Assembly: GCA_032718475.1 (NCBI GenBank)
Contig: JAUCBJ010007014.1
Coordinates: 101,946-165,945 of the forward strand
Direction of reading: 5' to 3'
Length of the DNA: 64,000 nt
Origin: Nemertoderma westbladi
Taxonomy: Eukaryota; Animalia; Xenacoelomorpha
Position numbers and translations under genes: made by a program. Positions 35,501-49,300 of the stretch are shown here, piece after piece; position 1 is the first letter of the stretch, and every line of letters starts with the position of its first letter. The notes beneath the pieces were generated by a model. The model worked only from the letters and a program-made list of their open reading frames with translations, searched no databases and had not been told where the DNA came from.

Positions 35501-38233
35501 TAGCTTTTATAATCATAACAATATCTCACTTGATCATAATACATGAATTATATTTCACACATTGTCACACCTACCTTAAGATAGTGCTTCAATGTCTAGC
35601 TCACATTTCTATTAAGTTCTAGAACAATGTCAGTGAATCTACCTTTGACTAAAAATAAATGTAAAATTAAACGTTGGATATATGCTAGATACTGTTTACA
35701 GTTAATAAGTTTGTGAAAAATTTTAAGTTAATATTTTTTTCTGTAGCGTGATGTTTGGTTTTTAACATATATACTGTAAGTTTATTATTTTTTACTAAAA
35801 AAATAGATGATTACAGCAGTCTCGCATTTACTGAAGAAATTTCATAAGCCAAAAAAAAATTCATTCTTCTTGAAAAGCCATTCATCTTGCCCTCCAATCA
35901 ATCCCAAGGAGAGAAGCATAGCTGTTCGAAACTGGGTGGTTAAGAACATGTATGAAAGATGTTCGAATTACACAACCAGTATACACTTCTCAATCTGCTT
36001 CCCAAAAGAAGGGAACGGAACATCATAACACTAGAAAGGCTAGCAAGATTAACCAACGCAATCATCGTCGCACCAATTCATTAGATAACCTTCCCTGCAC
36101 AAAGCCTGTTGCTATTGAAATCGGCTGTGACAGTGAAGCACATAATAATATTAGGCTCAGGCAGCAGTTTATTTATCAAGAACCAAATCCGAGGAATCCC
36201 ACTATGAATTCCCCGAAGACACAACCAAAGGAAACATCAACAGAGGCAATGAATATGACTCTGACAAAACTCAGCAAAGCTATGACATCATATGAATTCA
36301 TTGAAACAGCCAGGGCGGAGAGCATCATGCAAAATCCAAAAGAAATTTTTGCTAGGTCCCTAGTGCCACTTGGCTTAGAAAAAGTCCACAACTTCTACAA
36401 CTGACATATCTAGAAGTCCACAACTTCTACAACTGACATATCTTCACCATCAGAGACTGATGAGTATATAACAGTAGATAATATATCAGACAATTCAAAT
36501 GAAACTGAAATGGATCCTACTTACTCATACAGCATAAAGGAAAAGAAAGGTGAATCCCTGCAAGGAAGTCAGGTACCAACAAACATAAGAAAAGACTCTG
36601 TAATAATCACAAACCCATCAGTGAAATGTCCCTCTACTCTAGAACAAGTCCTCAAAAACAATGACACCTGGCAAGAACCAAAAAGACCTGCCAAACCAAC
36701 CTTCAAATCAAAGATCCAGATGCAGCACAACATTAAGACTGAAAACAAATATAGTGAACTAGATAATGATACCAAAATTACCATACTTCTACAACAACAG
36801 ACTGATTTCTTGGCGAATCTAAATAATGTTTCCAAAGAAACTGTCAATCTAAGAAAATCACAAGGTAGTAGCAAGAATGAACACAACAACTTTAAGCAAC
36901 ATCAAACGAGATACGAACAAGAAACCCAACGAAGCACCCCTTCCAACAAACGGAAGCAGTAGAAGCAGCACAGATATGAAGCGGAATAATAAAGGGTTTG
37001 ATCTACACTACAAAACCTCTAGGGATTCATACTGGCACAATAACAATCAAGCCAACTATAATGGTAATCAATATAAATCTATCCCGCAAGATAATATTAG
37101 GCATACGGAGTATGTGAGGAACTCTTGGAGACATGCCCCAGAACCATCTCGACACCAAAGTCAAACATACCAGCAGTATCAGAAGCACAGAGTGAGTAGA
37201 CACGATTATCCACATCAACACTTCCCAAACCCTCATCTAAGAGACCAATCTGAACATACCTCGTACCCCAGTAATGACCAATGTGACATAACCTATGACA
37301 ACAGGTATTACAACCGATCCAACAGAAGTCATATGGCTAGGAATCGTTTTTAAGCTGGCTCCGAGTATCACAACTGGAGACCTAAATTTCAAAGATGCTG
37401 GAAATACGTGTAATATTTTGCAGAGAAGTGAAATCAGTCGCCATAGGCAGCATATGAAGGATGATCTGCAACATGACAGCAAATTCTATTAAGTTCTAGA
37501 ACAATGTCAGTGAATCTACCTTTGACTAAAAAAAATGTAAAATTAAACGTTGGATATATGCTAGATACTGTTTTCAGTTAATAAGTTTGTGAAGAATTTT
37601 AAGTTAATATTTTTTCTGTAGCATGATGCTTGGTTTTCAACATATATACAGTAAGTTTATTATTTTTTACTAAAAAAATAGATGATTACAGCAGTCTCGC
37701 ATTTACTGACGAAATTTCATATTTTTAAATAAATATAACAGTACTTACTCAGTTTTTAAGACTTGCATTTTAATTTTCACATTTTTTACTCAAAATAGAT
37801 AGATAGACAATTTGTTGTCAAAGAATAGTTTAGGAATGTCTCGCAAAGTTTATTCATGGAATTTTTCAGTGAATCTAATTTCGCAATAAAAAAAATGTGC
37901 TAAAACCCAGCATCACTCTGTAGAACCAACATATTATAAAAAATGTAATATACTATATTAACACTGACACATTGACTTACCTACACATAGTTGCAACACT
38001 ACAGTGTATACATGAGACATTGTTTCATAATGTTACATATCGAATAACACTATTACTGCTATATCTAGCACATACTCACAACAATCAATACCCTACATCT
38101 AAACATTAATTATCATTCCATCTTATATTCAAACGTAATTAACCTGTCAATATTGTACTGATAATGTATGTAGAACAAGTAGATTATTATTATTAGTTAG
38201 ATGTATTTCGTATTAATTAATATGCATTTTATG
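32597..38233. repeat. inner palindrome of the inverted-repeat element, built partly from a reiterated ~370-400-bp AT-rich unit
   Basis: 32597-34680 mirrors 34733-38117. Unit copies lie at ~32790-33152(+), 34290-34680(-), 34733-35123(+) and 37550-37920(-). The left arm lacks ~36309-37570. Confidence 0.92.
35846..37483 (+). pseudogene. degenerate coding fragment of unknown, possibly retroelement ORF1-like, origin
   Basis: Overlapping ORFs 35952-36404, 36510-36962 and 36877-37353; WQEPKR...TENKYSEL segment; N/Q/H-rich tail; a 32-bp duplication near 36382-36443 breaks the frame. Confidence 0.35.
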
Positions 38234-39437
38234 TGTTCGCGCTTTTAAGACCTTTGGCAGTTTAACCCGCCAAATCTGTATGTCTTCTAGGTTATAGTTC
38301 GACTTTAGCCTATGACAAGTATTTGACACAAATAAATCCAACATTAGCCGAAGCCAGTCTATGTGCGACCATTCACCCGCTGGATATACCCGGGAGACTG
38401 GATTCGGATGCTTTAATTTGATTGCGGTGCAGGCCTACCGTACTATTCGATTGATCGTTAATATAATTCCTGACAAATATCATTCACTTTCGGGAAATAT
38501 TAGCAGTTCCTTTAGGACGTGGCGCTCTATCTATATAAACAGAGCTATGGCTCACACTAAACACAACGGAATGGATTATAAGTTACACATAAGGCGCATT
38601 CTTTAGGAAATGCTTTGTTACGCGGACAAACACATACAGACTATTGCACACCGCTGCACACTGAATTGTCGATAGTCACTGATTTGAATCACATATAAAG
38701 AGAATAGCAACCGGCATTTGTAGGGCCTATAAAATAGCATTCAATTCACTACAAACCACGATAATATAAGCCGCAATTGCTATATGTAACCGTTCTCTCT
38801 AACCTTAGTGTATCAAGAAGATCGGGGTTTCTGATCGTTTATCGTTATTCTCCAAATAACAATATGTAAACAACTGATACAATTAATAACAAACAGTAAA
38901 TAGCAGTAAATAATGTGCAATACAGCAGTAGGTACCGTACCGTACCGGTCCTCCGGTGCTGTGCTGTGCTCCGTGCGTCCTCACGGTAACAGTTATGTGA
39001 TCTTATAATTAAAGACGTTCTAATGTTGGAATAATTCAGAAATATTCCACAGCCGATGTTTCTAGGCTCTGGAAAAACCAACACACTGAACCCTGTGAGC
39101 TGTTGCAGGTAGCTTTCAACACAGAAAGGAAAAGCTCTCATTGGCAGAACTCCAGATTCTGTAGGTTCCAAATGGTCTAAAATGCCAAACCACCCTAGCC
39201 TTTGCAGCCAATTACATTGATTTAGCCAACATAAGGCTGAATCACTCTGTTTGGTTGATCGTTGTTCCGATTGGTTGATCGAACCGAACGAAGAGGCCGT
39301 CGCTAGGCAAATCAGCCAATCAGCCGGTAGCTTTCATCCTTTGAGTTAGGGAGTTTTTCTTTAGAGTATTTGAGCGCATTGAGGGAAACTGGATTGCGAA
39401 GCAAAAGGGCCAGTTATATCCCACAAAAGCTTTTACA
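38234..39437 (-). repeat. BEL-C 3' LTR
   Basis: Direct repeat of 53719-54922. PPT-like GGGAGCGG on the minus strand at 39438-39445. Confidence 0.96.
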
Positions 39438-39669
39438 CCGCTCCCAGGAAATGGGATTTAATTCTATAAAATATAAAAAATCACAGTTTCTAAAATATAA
39501 AAATACTCTAAACAGTTAGTCTTTCTTGCGTGGATGGCGTTTACGCAGTTTTTTAAAGTTAGCAAGAGTCCTTTTCTCTTTGGGGGGAGCCACTTTACTA
39601 GGAGGGCCATAACTCCTGGGTGAAGGGTGCAATATGATTGCATCAGAAGGTGTAGGATTATGGTCGGGG

Positions 39670-41070
39670 TATCCGCCGTTTCAATATGCTTCTCCTCGAG
39701 CTGATTTTCCTCCGCTCGTAGCTGGATACGTTCATCCAAAAACTCTCGCAGAGAATAGGGTCGTCCAAGTTCGATATCTTCTCAGAGATTCTGGACTTCC
39801 CGATCGAACTGAGATAAAGTTAATTCGTTTATCGCTTCGACTTGCTACTGCAATTTATGTTACTCTAAACCATTGTAGGTTCATTTTCAGATCTTTTGAC
39901 GAATAGTGTCCAACGCGTTTCGTATAACTCTTTCCTCCGCCTCGGTGACAGGTTGTATCGGGTTAAACAGGGACAATGGTACGGTTGAATGGCGATATTA
40001 GATGTCCGCATCCCAATCCGACTAAGTAAGATGGGTGAATATTTAAGGGAGCTCACAACCGGAGTGCCACCGACTAACTGTTCGGGTAACGTAACACTAG
40101 ATCTTTGAACAGTGAGTACAGCTCGGGAGGATCCGTCATACTAATAGGATCAAGAGTCTGAGGTCTCACTAGGGAATGAGGAGGTCTGATCGAGTATTCC
40201 GGAACTCTGATCATCGGTTTATTTAAGGATCGTCTGAGTCGAACGAGCGTAGGTGATACGTCAAACAAATTTCGCTCGAAATTCCCGCAAGTATAGCGAG
40301 TAAAACCGTGTTTAGTGCAACGTCTCCGTGGATGTTTAGGTCTTTCCGTTTGTTGGTTGGGTCTAGGGCATTCATCGCAATAATACCAAAGACGCACGTC
40401 TTGTAGGGGAAACGCGAGTGATCTTTCTCCAGCTTACAATATTTCTCCATCTGTTCGAAGATATCCGGTACAACAGGTAGCGGTCGATCGGCGGTAAGAT
40501 ACATCATAGTGGAATAGAGCCGTTTGAGTTCTACCATGCGGTCATGATGTATACCTTGAGGATATCGAGTTTCTAGATTCTGTTGACTGGTAATATCGAG
40601 ATATGTTTCTCTCAAGAATTCCAGATATTTTGGTGAAGTCGCTACGTTTATCCGGCTCTTCAACATCTTCACTTTCGAGTCGGTTTCGAATAGAATTTTC
40701 GTGTTCGAGTATCAGTTTATCGTTCCCCTTCCGCAGGGTATGATATATAAATAAAACCGTTTCCCTTTTGGTGTCTATATCGTTCGTATCGTGTAGGTCG
40801 ATAGGATGACCAGTAGTTAAGAAGTCCATATACGTACCATTTACGACGCGCACAGCGAGCGGTGAATTTTCTACAGTCCAACCCACGCGCAAGTTGCTCC
40901 CGGGACATTGGCGGTTAGATATAACGACCATCGTCCTCCGTAGTAGTTGGACCAGCGTCGCCGCGTATCAAGCTATCAACAAACGCTTGTAAAGGTAGAG
41001 TATATCGCTACCTGATACCAAGATCATCTTCTATCAACTCAATCATATCTGCTATATAAGTTTATCCATA
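39670..41070 (-). pseudogene. BEL-C accessory ORF remnant between pol and the 3' LTR, unknown function
   Basis: Overlapping frameshifted ORFs 40542-40931, 40223-40672 and 40074-40397. The C-terminal peptide QFDRE...IELGR.YSL.EFL.ER...EENQLEEKH is conserved with 5108-5240. Confidence 0.55.
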
Positions 41071-41715
41071 TTATAATGAGTTTATATTTAGGCGAGCGGG
41101 CGTCGCTGCCTACCCCTCTCTGCCCCCGGACAGTGCGAGATCCTCAGCGCTGGTGTACTTTCGCCGATGTGCCTATCGCCAACGTCGTAGCTGCACAACA
41201 ACTACAACAACCAGCACGAGTCACTCCACCGTCCGTCCCAAAGGCTTAGATACACTTCAGGTTCTTACTGGAGAGTTAGGGCTACTTTTACAATTGCGAC
41301 TCGCTACTGTAAACACACCTTAGTAGTAACATTCACCTACAAACGCACAAATTCCACGTAATTGTCACAAATGGTCCACATTCTATCACACATTCGGGTC
41401 ATTTGTCCGTTAGTCAAGTGCCTTCCAGAATGTCACGTTGTTATTATGTATCCTTGGATACTAACAGTGTGCTATTTATTCCGTATGCTATTCAATGAGC
41501 AAGCTTTTTATTGTTCTGTTAACTCGCTTCTAATTCTAGCGCGGTTGTTGCTATGGTGACATTATGGAAAGCTAGCGGTAGAATTAGGGTAATTCTCATG
41601 CATACAGATCTGGGATGCTATTTAATAGTAAGTCTTTAATGGTCAATATCATCTTTATATATGATTTTATGAATTTTATCGGCTATTGACTCTATATTGG
41701 AGATTCTCGCACACT

Positions 41716-42355
41716 AATACACGTTCGTGGGGACTTCGCGCAGCACGTAGTCGGCAAGCCTTGGCATACGGTTCATATAGAGCAAATGGGGCATGTCTAG
41801 TTTGGACCCCATATCCCATGCTATAAATGTATTCATTCGATATACAATCATATGTTAATCCGCTAGGTGGTGTCAAATTGTTATTCTGCAATTTCGTACT
41901 TACCAGTGCAGCACTGTACAGCAGTACCGTACCGGTAGGCCTATGTCATTACTTCTGAGACTCTAGCGGATCCCCAATTAAATGTCTTAACTTTTCAATT
42001 TCGTAAAAGATAGACTTTATGATTCTCTACAGGCCACCAAAATTTCAGCTCAGGAAAATGAGGCCTTCCCGAGAAATTTAACATTTTCTAAAAACCACAT
42101 AATCTGTCGTAGCTGACGTCAGACTGCATGATTTTTCACCAAACTTTACAAACTTTCTAAACTTTCTCTCTACTACTTACCTACTAAGTTTGGTTCAATT
42201 CCGAACGAGCGATGCCGAGAAATTCGCGTTCAAACATTTACCAGACAGACGGACAGACAGACAGACGGACAGACAGACAGACGGACATGCCCCATTTACC
42301 CTATATGAACCGTATGCAAAGGCTCGCCGACTACGTGTCTCGCCCCACACTTAAT
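41716..42355 (-). mobile_element. small non-autonomous DNA element (HINE/DINE-1-like or MITE) in BEL-C
   Basis: Subterminal inverted repeats at ~41745-41793 and ~42284-42336, plus a GACA/GACG microsatellite at 42243-42286 as seen in Helentron-associated elements. Confidence 0.55.
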
Positions 42356-42503
42356 AGGTGAATCTCCGCTCCCATGATCTATTAATTAATGGAATTTTGG
42401 GAATGTTATAAATTGTATAAAATGACAATTTATGGAATTCATTAAAATATGAATTTAAATTTATTCCCGTAAATTTTATTATTTAATGTTAAATAGACAC
42501 AAT

Positions 42504-42770
42504 TTTATTCCAGAACATGTCTGGGGACTGGGATCCTTGATTCTAGGAAATTTGTCTCTTTTAAGATTATCGGTAAGTGCTACGATATCTTAATCGACTA
42601 GAATTTCAAAGGATCTAAATTTTGACAGATTTTATAAATATTAATAATTAATATTTAGGATGGGCACCAGTTTATTCCAGAACTTGTCTGGGGACGTTAA
42701 CCACTGATTCTAGAAATTTGTCTTTCAAGTATATCGGTGGGTGCCGCGATATCTTAATCGACTAGAATTA
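42504..42770. repeat. degenerate direct repeat (two ~100-bp copies)
   Basis: TTATTCCAGAAC.TGTCTGGGGAC...GATATCTTAATCGACTAGAATT at ~42505 and ~42672. Confidence 0.8.
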
Positions 42771-43377
42771 CAGATGGTCAAAGGGTTTAACAGATTTATC
42801 TGCGTTGTATGCTACTGTTAAAGGGACATCACGCTACTATATGTATTATTTAATATACGGTATGAGAGCAATATCGCACGAAGCAATGTCAGTGTGAAGA
42901 GGCAAGTCGTTTCCAAGGTCTACCCAGAGCTTGGTTTAGCCGAGACACGAGGATCTGAACTTTGCATTCCTAATACTCTGCCTACCAATAATACTTAAAT
43001 ATAGTAGGAGCTTTATTGTACTTTAATAAGTATGGATATTTCATCTTACTGTAGTCACGTATTTATAATATGATACGGACAGTAAGGAAAGAGAAAATTA
43101 ATTATTTCTCGCCGTCGCACTAAATATAATATACATAATTAACTAATAAACACGAATATATTGCACTAATCTACTAAACAATCGCTACAATAACATTCTA
43201 CTAAATAAAATTAAATAAAACGATTATAATAAAATTACATAATAATGCATACATAAGTATAAAATAATAAGAATATAAAATAATATGGTCACACACCCAC
43301 TCCAAATGCTACTAAGCTGGGGAGTCCCTAGATGTTTGTTGGATTAGGGAGGTGGTCGTGGGAAGAGTATCTTGTCT

Positions 43378-46300
43378 TCAATAGTTTCCGGAGAGTTCTC
43401 TGTCTCTTTCCAGTAAACACAAACGACCAACTGGGCGATTGAGCTGCTGTGTCTCAAAGACAATTCCCGGTTTCTTGAAGTTACTTCGCATGACGACGAG
43501 TTCTACCGATCGCACCAAACCGTCATCCGAGATGTGAGTCTCGATGATACGTCCTGTCTGCCACCGCTTACGTGGAAGATCTGAGTCTACAATAAGGACC
43601 ATGTCTCCAGCGCTGACGTTTTCTTGCTGCACAAACCACTTAGTTCGAAGTTGTAGCGTGGGCAGATAATGTTTCTCGAAATGGTCAGCGAAACGACGGG
43701 ATAACAACTGCATAAGTTGCCAAGTTTGCCGGCAGTATTCGTCTCCGTCTGTGATTTCCGATTGTGGGAGCATGGCTACAGGTTTCTTCAGTTGGAAATG
43801 CGCGGGTGTTAGCGCTTCCAGGGAATCGGGACTCGATGAGACTGGCATAAGTGGTCTCTCGTTGAGATAGGCAGCAATTTCCTCCATTAACGTCCGCAAA
43901 AGTTTGTCGGTGAGATACGCGCGGCAAGGCACTATAAAGTGAAATGCGGTCTTCACACTTCTAATCAATCTCTCCCAACTTCCTCCCCACCAAGGGGCGT
44001 CAGCGGCGTTGAAGGTCCAGCTAGACGCTGTTACTCTTAGCTGATCATCCACCTGTCTTTGGTTCCAATCCTTGACGTAAGCTTTGATTTCATTGTTGGC
44101 ACCAATGAAGTTCGTTCCCTTATCAGATCTCATTGTGTTACTAGTTCCAAAGCGAGCGATCTGTCGTTGTAAGCTTAATAGGAAGCTGTTGGTAGACAAG
44201 TCGTTCACCATGTCGAGATGGATAGCTCTACAAGTCATACAAACAAAGATGACACACCATCTCTTGACTATAGTTCTAGCACGATACACTTCAATAGGGC
44301 CAAATAAATCTACACCGGTATTAGTAAAGGGTGGTTCATAGAAGCTTACTCGTTCCCTAGGTAATTCTGCCTCTCGCTGTGTTAAAGGCCTACTGAATGC
44401 TTTCCTACAGGGTATGCAGTTCCTAAGAACTTGGTTCAGAGCTCTACGGGGTTTATAGAAATAATAGCGAGTTCGAATTTCGCTGAGAACTCGTTCTCTA
44501 CCAGCATGATAAAGTTTGCTGTGAACATCTACAATCATCTTGACTTGTATTTCAAGATTTCTAATGAGTATGGGAAACTTAGTGTCAAAGGATAATGGAG
44601 CATTCATTAATCTTCCTCCAACACGTATCAACCCATCTATCATTGTGCTAGAGAAACGATCCCTTAAGCGCATCTGGGGATTTCTCAACAACAGGAAATA
44701 CTTATCGGAATCCTCATAGCATTGCAGGAGTCTCAGCATCTGTTTGTTGGTTTCTTCATGCTCCTGATAACTGATCTTCTCCTTCAGAAACCTGTCGGAT
44801 ATCTTATATTTGGGAAGATCTTTAACAACATGGACCTGCACTGATGTCAGTGGAGCTGTATCACTATTGGTCTTCGTCCCGGAGTAGTGATGATGAAAAC
44901 ATCGTTTTAAATATGTTACGGCCTTACAGAGCCGATTCCAGGAACTGTAGTGATGTATCGCTCTCTGCAGGAGAGGTGAGAGTCCTTGCGAAACGTCTGG
45001 TATTCCAGATTTCCAATCCTTCTCACGGATTTCCATAACCTGCTTGTTTACGGCTATGGGTTTCTGATCCAAAGCGTCGTCTCCGGAAGTATATAGTACG
45101 GACAGGTCTACCATAGGTTTAAATAACTTCGATTTACTCGCCTGAGTTTTAGGTTTAACTTTCTCCGCTCCCTTGGGGTGTCTAATCTCTGCTGTAGTAA
45201 GATGAGGAGGCCATTCTTCTTCTTCTTTGTACAGGAAGTCGGGTCCACCTAACCAGTCTGGAGTATCTACCAGCTCTTGTGGAGTTGCTCCCCTGGAGGC
45301 GATGTCGGCTGGATTGATCGTTCCGGGGCGATGTCTCCATTGGTCCATTGTCGTGCGACTAAGTATAATGGCCACTCTGTTGGTAACGAAGACGCTGAAC
45401 TGACAGACTTCATTGGTTATATACTCTAACACGAGTAAAGCGTCAGTCCAATAGACAGCTTTCTCCAATGGATAATCGATCTGTTCAGTTACATTCCGAC
45501 CGATGGCTGTAGCGTATAGAGCCGCCTTTAACTCCGCTCGAGGAACCTTCAACTTGTTGTTTATCAACGCCTTAGAGGTAACCAAGGCAACCTTGATTCC
45601 GTCTGGAGTTTCCACTCTTAGGTAGGCTACTATACCTATTCCCATATCGCTGGCGTCTCCAAACACATGGAGTTGATAGGAATACGTAGGGAGAACATGA
45701 CCAAAATATGAACGGGAAATTATAAAGTTCTCGATGGCTGGTAAAGAATCTTCCCATTTCATCCACTTCTTTAATAATTCTCCCTTAAGTGGATCGTCCC
45801 ATGAGTGGTTTTCTAGCCACATTTGTTGTACTAAACTCCGAGCAATCAATATAACTGGGCTAATAAATCCCAATGGATCGAAATAAGTGCTTAGGATACT
45901 TAAACAAATCCGTTTAGTTCGAACTGGATTATCTCGCTGTTTTAGTTGGAAAAACAGGATATCCCTCTCGGTGTCCCATTTCAAACCAAGTGTCTTGGTT
46001 TCTGGAAGATCATCTTTGATTAGGTCTAGGTCTTTCGCCCCTCGATCTTCTACCGGGATCGATTCCAGAAACTCACGGGAGTTGCTGGTGAATTTAGTTA
46101 ATCGAAATCCACCTCTTTTTAAACACTCTACCGTTCCTTTAGCGACATCAATGGCTTCTTTGCTTCCATGTATATGTCTCGTTTGATATTGTCGATCACC
46201 TCTTTAGAGAAGGCTTCCCGATTGTCATCCGCAGTGGTACGCACTACTGAACAGGCGTTTGAAGGACTTGAGATTATTCCAAAAGCCTGGATGGTCATCC

Positions 46301-49300
46301 AGTACTCCACCGGTTTCTGGTTGAGGTTTCCTTCAGGCCACCACAGAAATCGTAGGCTATCTCGATCCCTATCCAGTGCCTTGACTTGTAAGAACATGCC
46401 TTCTATATCTGAGGCGAAAGCAACTGAATATTGTCTTAATCTTAAAAGTATTCCCAACAAAGATTGGAGTAAGTTGGGTCCGGGTAACAATTCGGAATTA
46501 AGGGATTGGCCCATGTAGAGGGCGGAGCCGTCAAACACTACTCGTACTTCGTGAGGTTTACCGGGTTTGGGAACATAATGGTGAGTTAAATAATACGTTC
46601 TCTCGGTTATAGGTGTTTCTTCCGGTACTCGCTCCGCATATCCCTTGCTAATAAATTTCTTCAACTGCGTTTGATACATTTCTTTAGCTGAAGAATTTGC
46701 CGTAAGGCGTTGATGTAGTTGAGCAATTCTTTTCTCCGCCAAGGGTCTGTTGTTGATGAACTTTGGTTCTCGCTTTCGGAAAGGTAGACCGATTTCATAT
46801 CTAACTTGATCTTTCAGAAAACGGGTAGTTGTCTCTTGGATCTGCTTGGCTCTTTCTTCTTCTACCGATAGGGCCTTATCGTAGGAGTTGGGCTCTACAG
46901 CCTCTTGAGTAAAAAATCGTACGGCGTGTTCATCCCGAGTTTTGGCATTATAACGTTCAATGACGTCATTCAGTTCGTCGTTGTAGTCGTCTCGTTCCGA
47001 TGGACGAATGAGCTGACATAAGTTTACTTGGTTTTGCCAAGTCTCGTTTTCCGTAAGGAGATCTATTGTATTCTCCTCATCGAAGAGTTGGTGTATATCA
47101 TCGTTGTCTGAGGAGTATGGAGTTCCCTCAATTGGATCGTCTAACTCACTGTTCTCAACTTCCCATTCTCGTACTTGATATACCTGATCTTTCGGTAATC
47201 TTTCCATGAGAGTTCTACGGGAAGGGCCAGTAAAGTACCAACCCACTCTGGTTCTTACCGCATAAGCTTGTAATGGTTGCGGCTGAGCGGGCCGTTTCTC
47301 CAATGTCTCGAGCGCTTCATGCACGTTTTGACCGATGAGTATTTGCACTCCAGGGTAATCGGTGTTGAATCTAGGTATTTTAAGGTGCTGGGTGAAATCG
47401 TCCTCATCCCAGTTATAAGGTTCCACTTGGCTGGTAGCGAAGTTCTTTATCGCCACCATTTTTACTGACCTTATACTATGTTCTCCTAGTTCATCCTGGG
47501 GTGTGGACAATGCGCTTACATAATAATCCGCTGTTACGGTAGATTTCCAAACTTGCATTATTCCTGACATGTTTAGCTTAGTTCGGTATTTGGGTTGTCC
47601 AGCAAAGATGTCCTCGGCTAGTTCTTTGTCGATGAATGTTCCTGTGCTACCGGAGTCAAGGAGGGCGTTTACTATATAACTCCTTTGAGGTCCGTGGACC
47701 CGTAACTGGACTACAGGAAATTCTCGGATCCCTACATTGGAAGTTGGCGCTTTCCAAGATGGTTGTTGATCAGAAGTAGTTAGGGTGAGGTCGCTGTCTG
47801 GGTCTTTTTCATACATGAGTGCTCGATACACTGCGGTATTTATCATGTAACAGGATTCGTTTTCGTCGGAGAACTCGTCCGTATAGAATCCTTCCATCTC
47901 AGAACTTTGGTCAGTGTCGTTCACATCACTGAATTGGACATGTAATTCGGAATCACTCACCTGACCCTGGCTGTTTCGCTCGAATTCAGTGTGCAACAAG
48001 ATATGATGCTTCGCGCCGCACTTTGCACACCTGGTGTCAGAGTAACAGGTTCGCCGTTAGTGTCCTTGTCTGAGGCAATTATAACACAACCGCTTATCCC
48101 ACATGACTTCTCGTCTCTCCGTTAATGATTTCTTTAGGAATTCATCACACGTATTCAAACGGTGGGTCCCGTCACATAGCACACATTTCAGTTTGATGTT
48201 ACTTACCTTGTTTTGAATAACATTGTGCACACTCGTTCTTTCATCGGGCTTTCTTACCTGAATTCTCTTAGGAGACGTAGGAGGAGTTTTTCTTAACGGT
48301 TCTCTCCTGTCATTGGTTCGAGACTTGAATTTACTCTCCTGTTCTTTAGGTGTTTTATTGACATAATAAGATCTTTCAGTATCTTTCCCGCTATCCTCTC
48401 CTTGAGAATTCTGGCTTTCGCCGTCGTCGGTATAACATACTGGTGTTACCTTTCTCCTAGAAATGGGTTTCTCACTTACCTTACTTTCCGATGTCTTCTC
48501 TCTGGACTGCTTTATGAGCTGTAAATTCACCTCGCTATCCAAGAATGACATGAGATCAGCCATGGTAGGGTCTCATTGTTGTTGTTCCATCATATATAAC
48601 ACTTTCTTGTCCCAGCGTGTACCTACTCCACCTTTCGGTAAAGTAGAAGTCACTGCTCTAATAACCATAGCACTCTGATACTCATGAGACTTACCTAGCC
48701 AATCTAATTGTCGGCAGATCTCCTGAATCTCATCGGAAAACTCGATAATCCCACTGCTAATAAACTTTCGGGGCGCTACCAACTTTGCATACAAATACCC
48801 AGCTATGTTATTCCTATTACCATACCTGAAGTTTAGAGTATCCCAAACTTGTCTTAATCCCTCTGGATGTCCAACAAATTTTAACGCCATTAACTTAGGA
48901 GGTCCTTCCAAGCATTCGATGAGGTATCTGAGTTTCTCTCCGTTAGATAGCACAGAGTTCTGTATGTTATCTTTATAATATTCATTAAAAGGTAACCATT
49001 TCATCTCATCTCCATTGAACTTGACGATCTCTCCTACCTTTACCGCTTGGCGGGCTTCGGTTCTAGCCATTTGAGTAAATTTATAAATAAATCAAATATT
49101 CCATTAATATAGCATATTTGATTTAGTTTTAGTCTAAAACTTTCTTGGGCCATCGTGTTATTTAATATCGAATTATCAGTATATAAATTTCTCAGATTAT
49201 TATCAAGTCTATATGGGATATCATTGTCAACAGGTTTATAATTACCCTTAATAGGGTTTACTATAGGAGTTTCTACTTCGCTAGCAGTATAGATGCGTGT

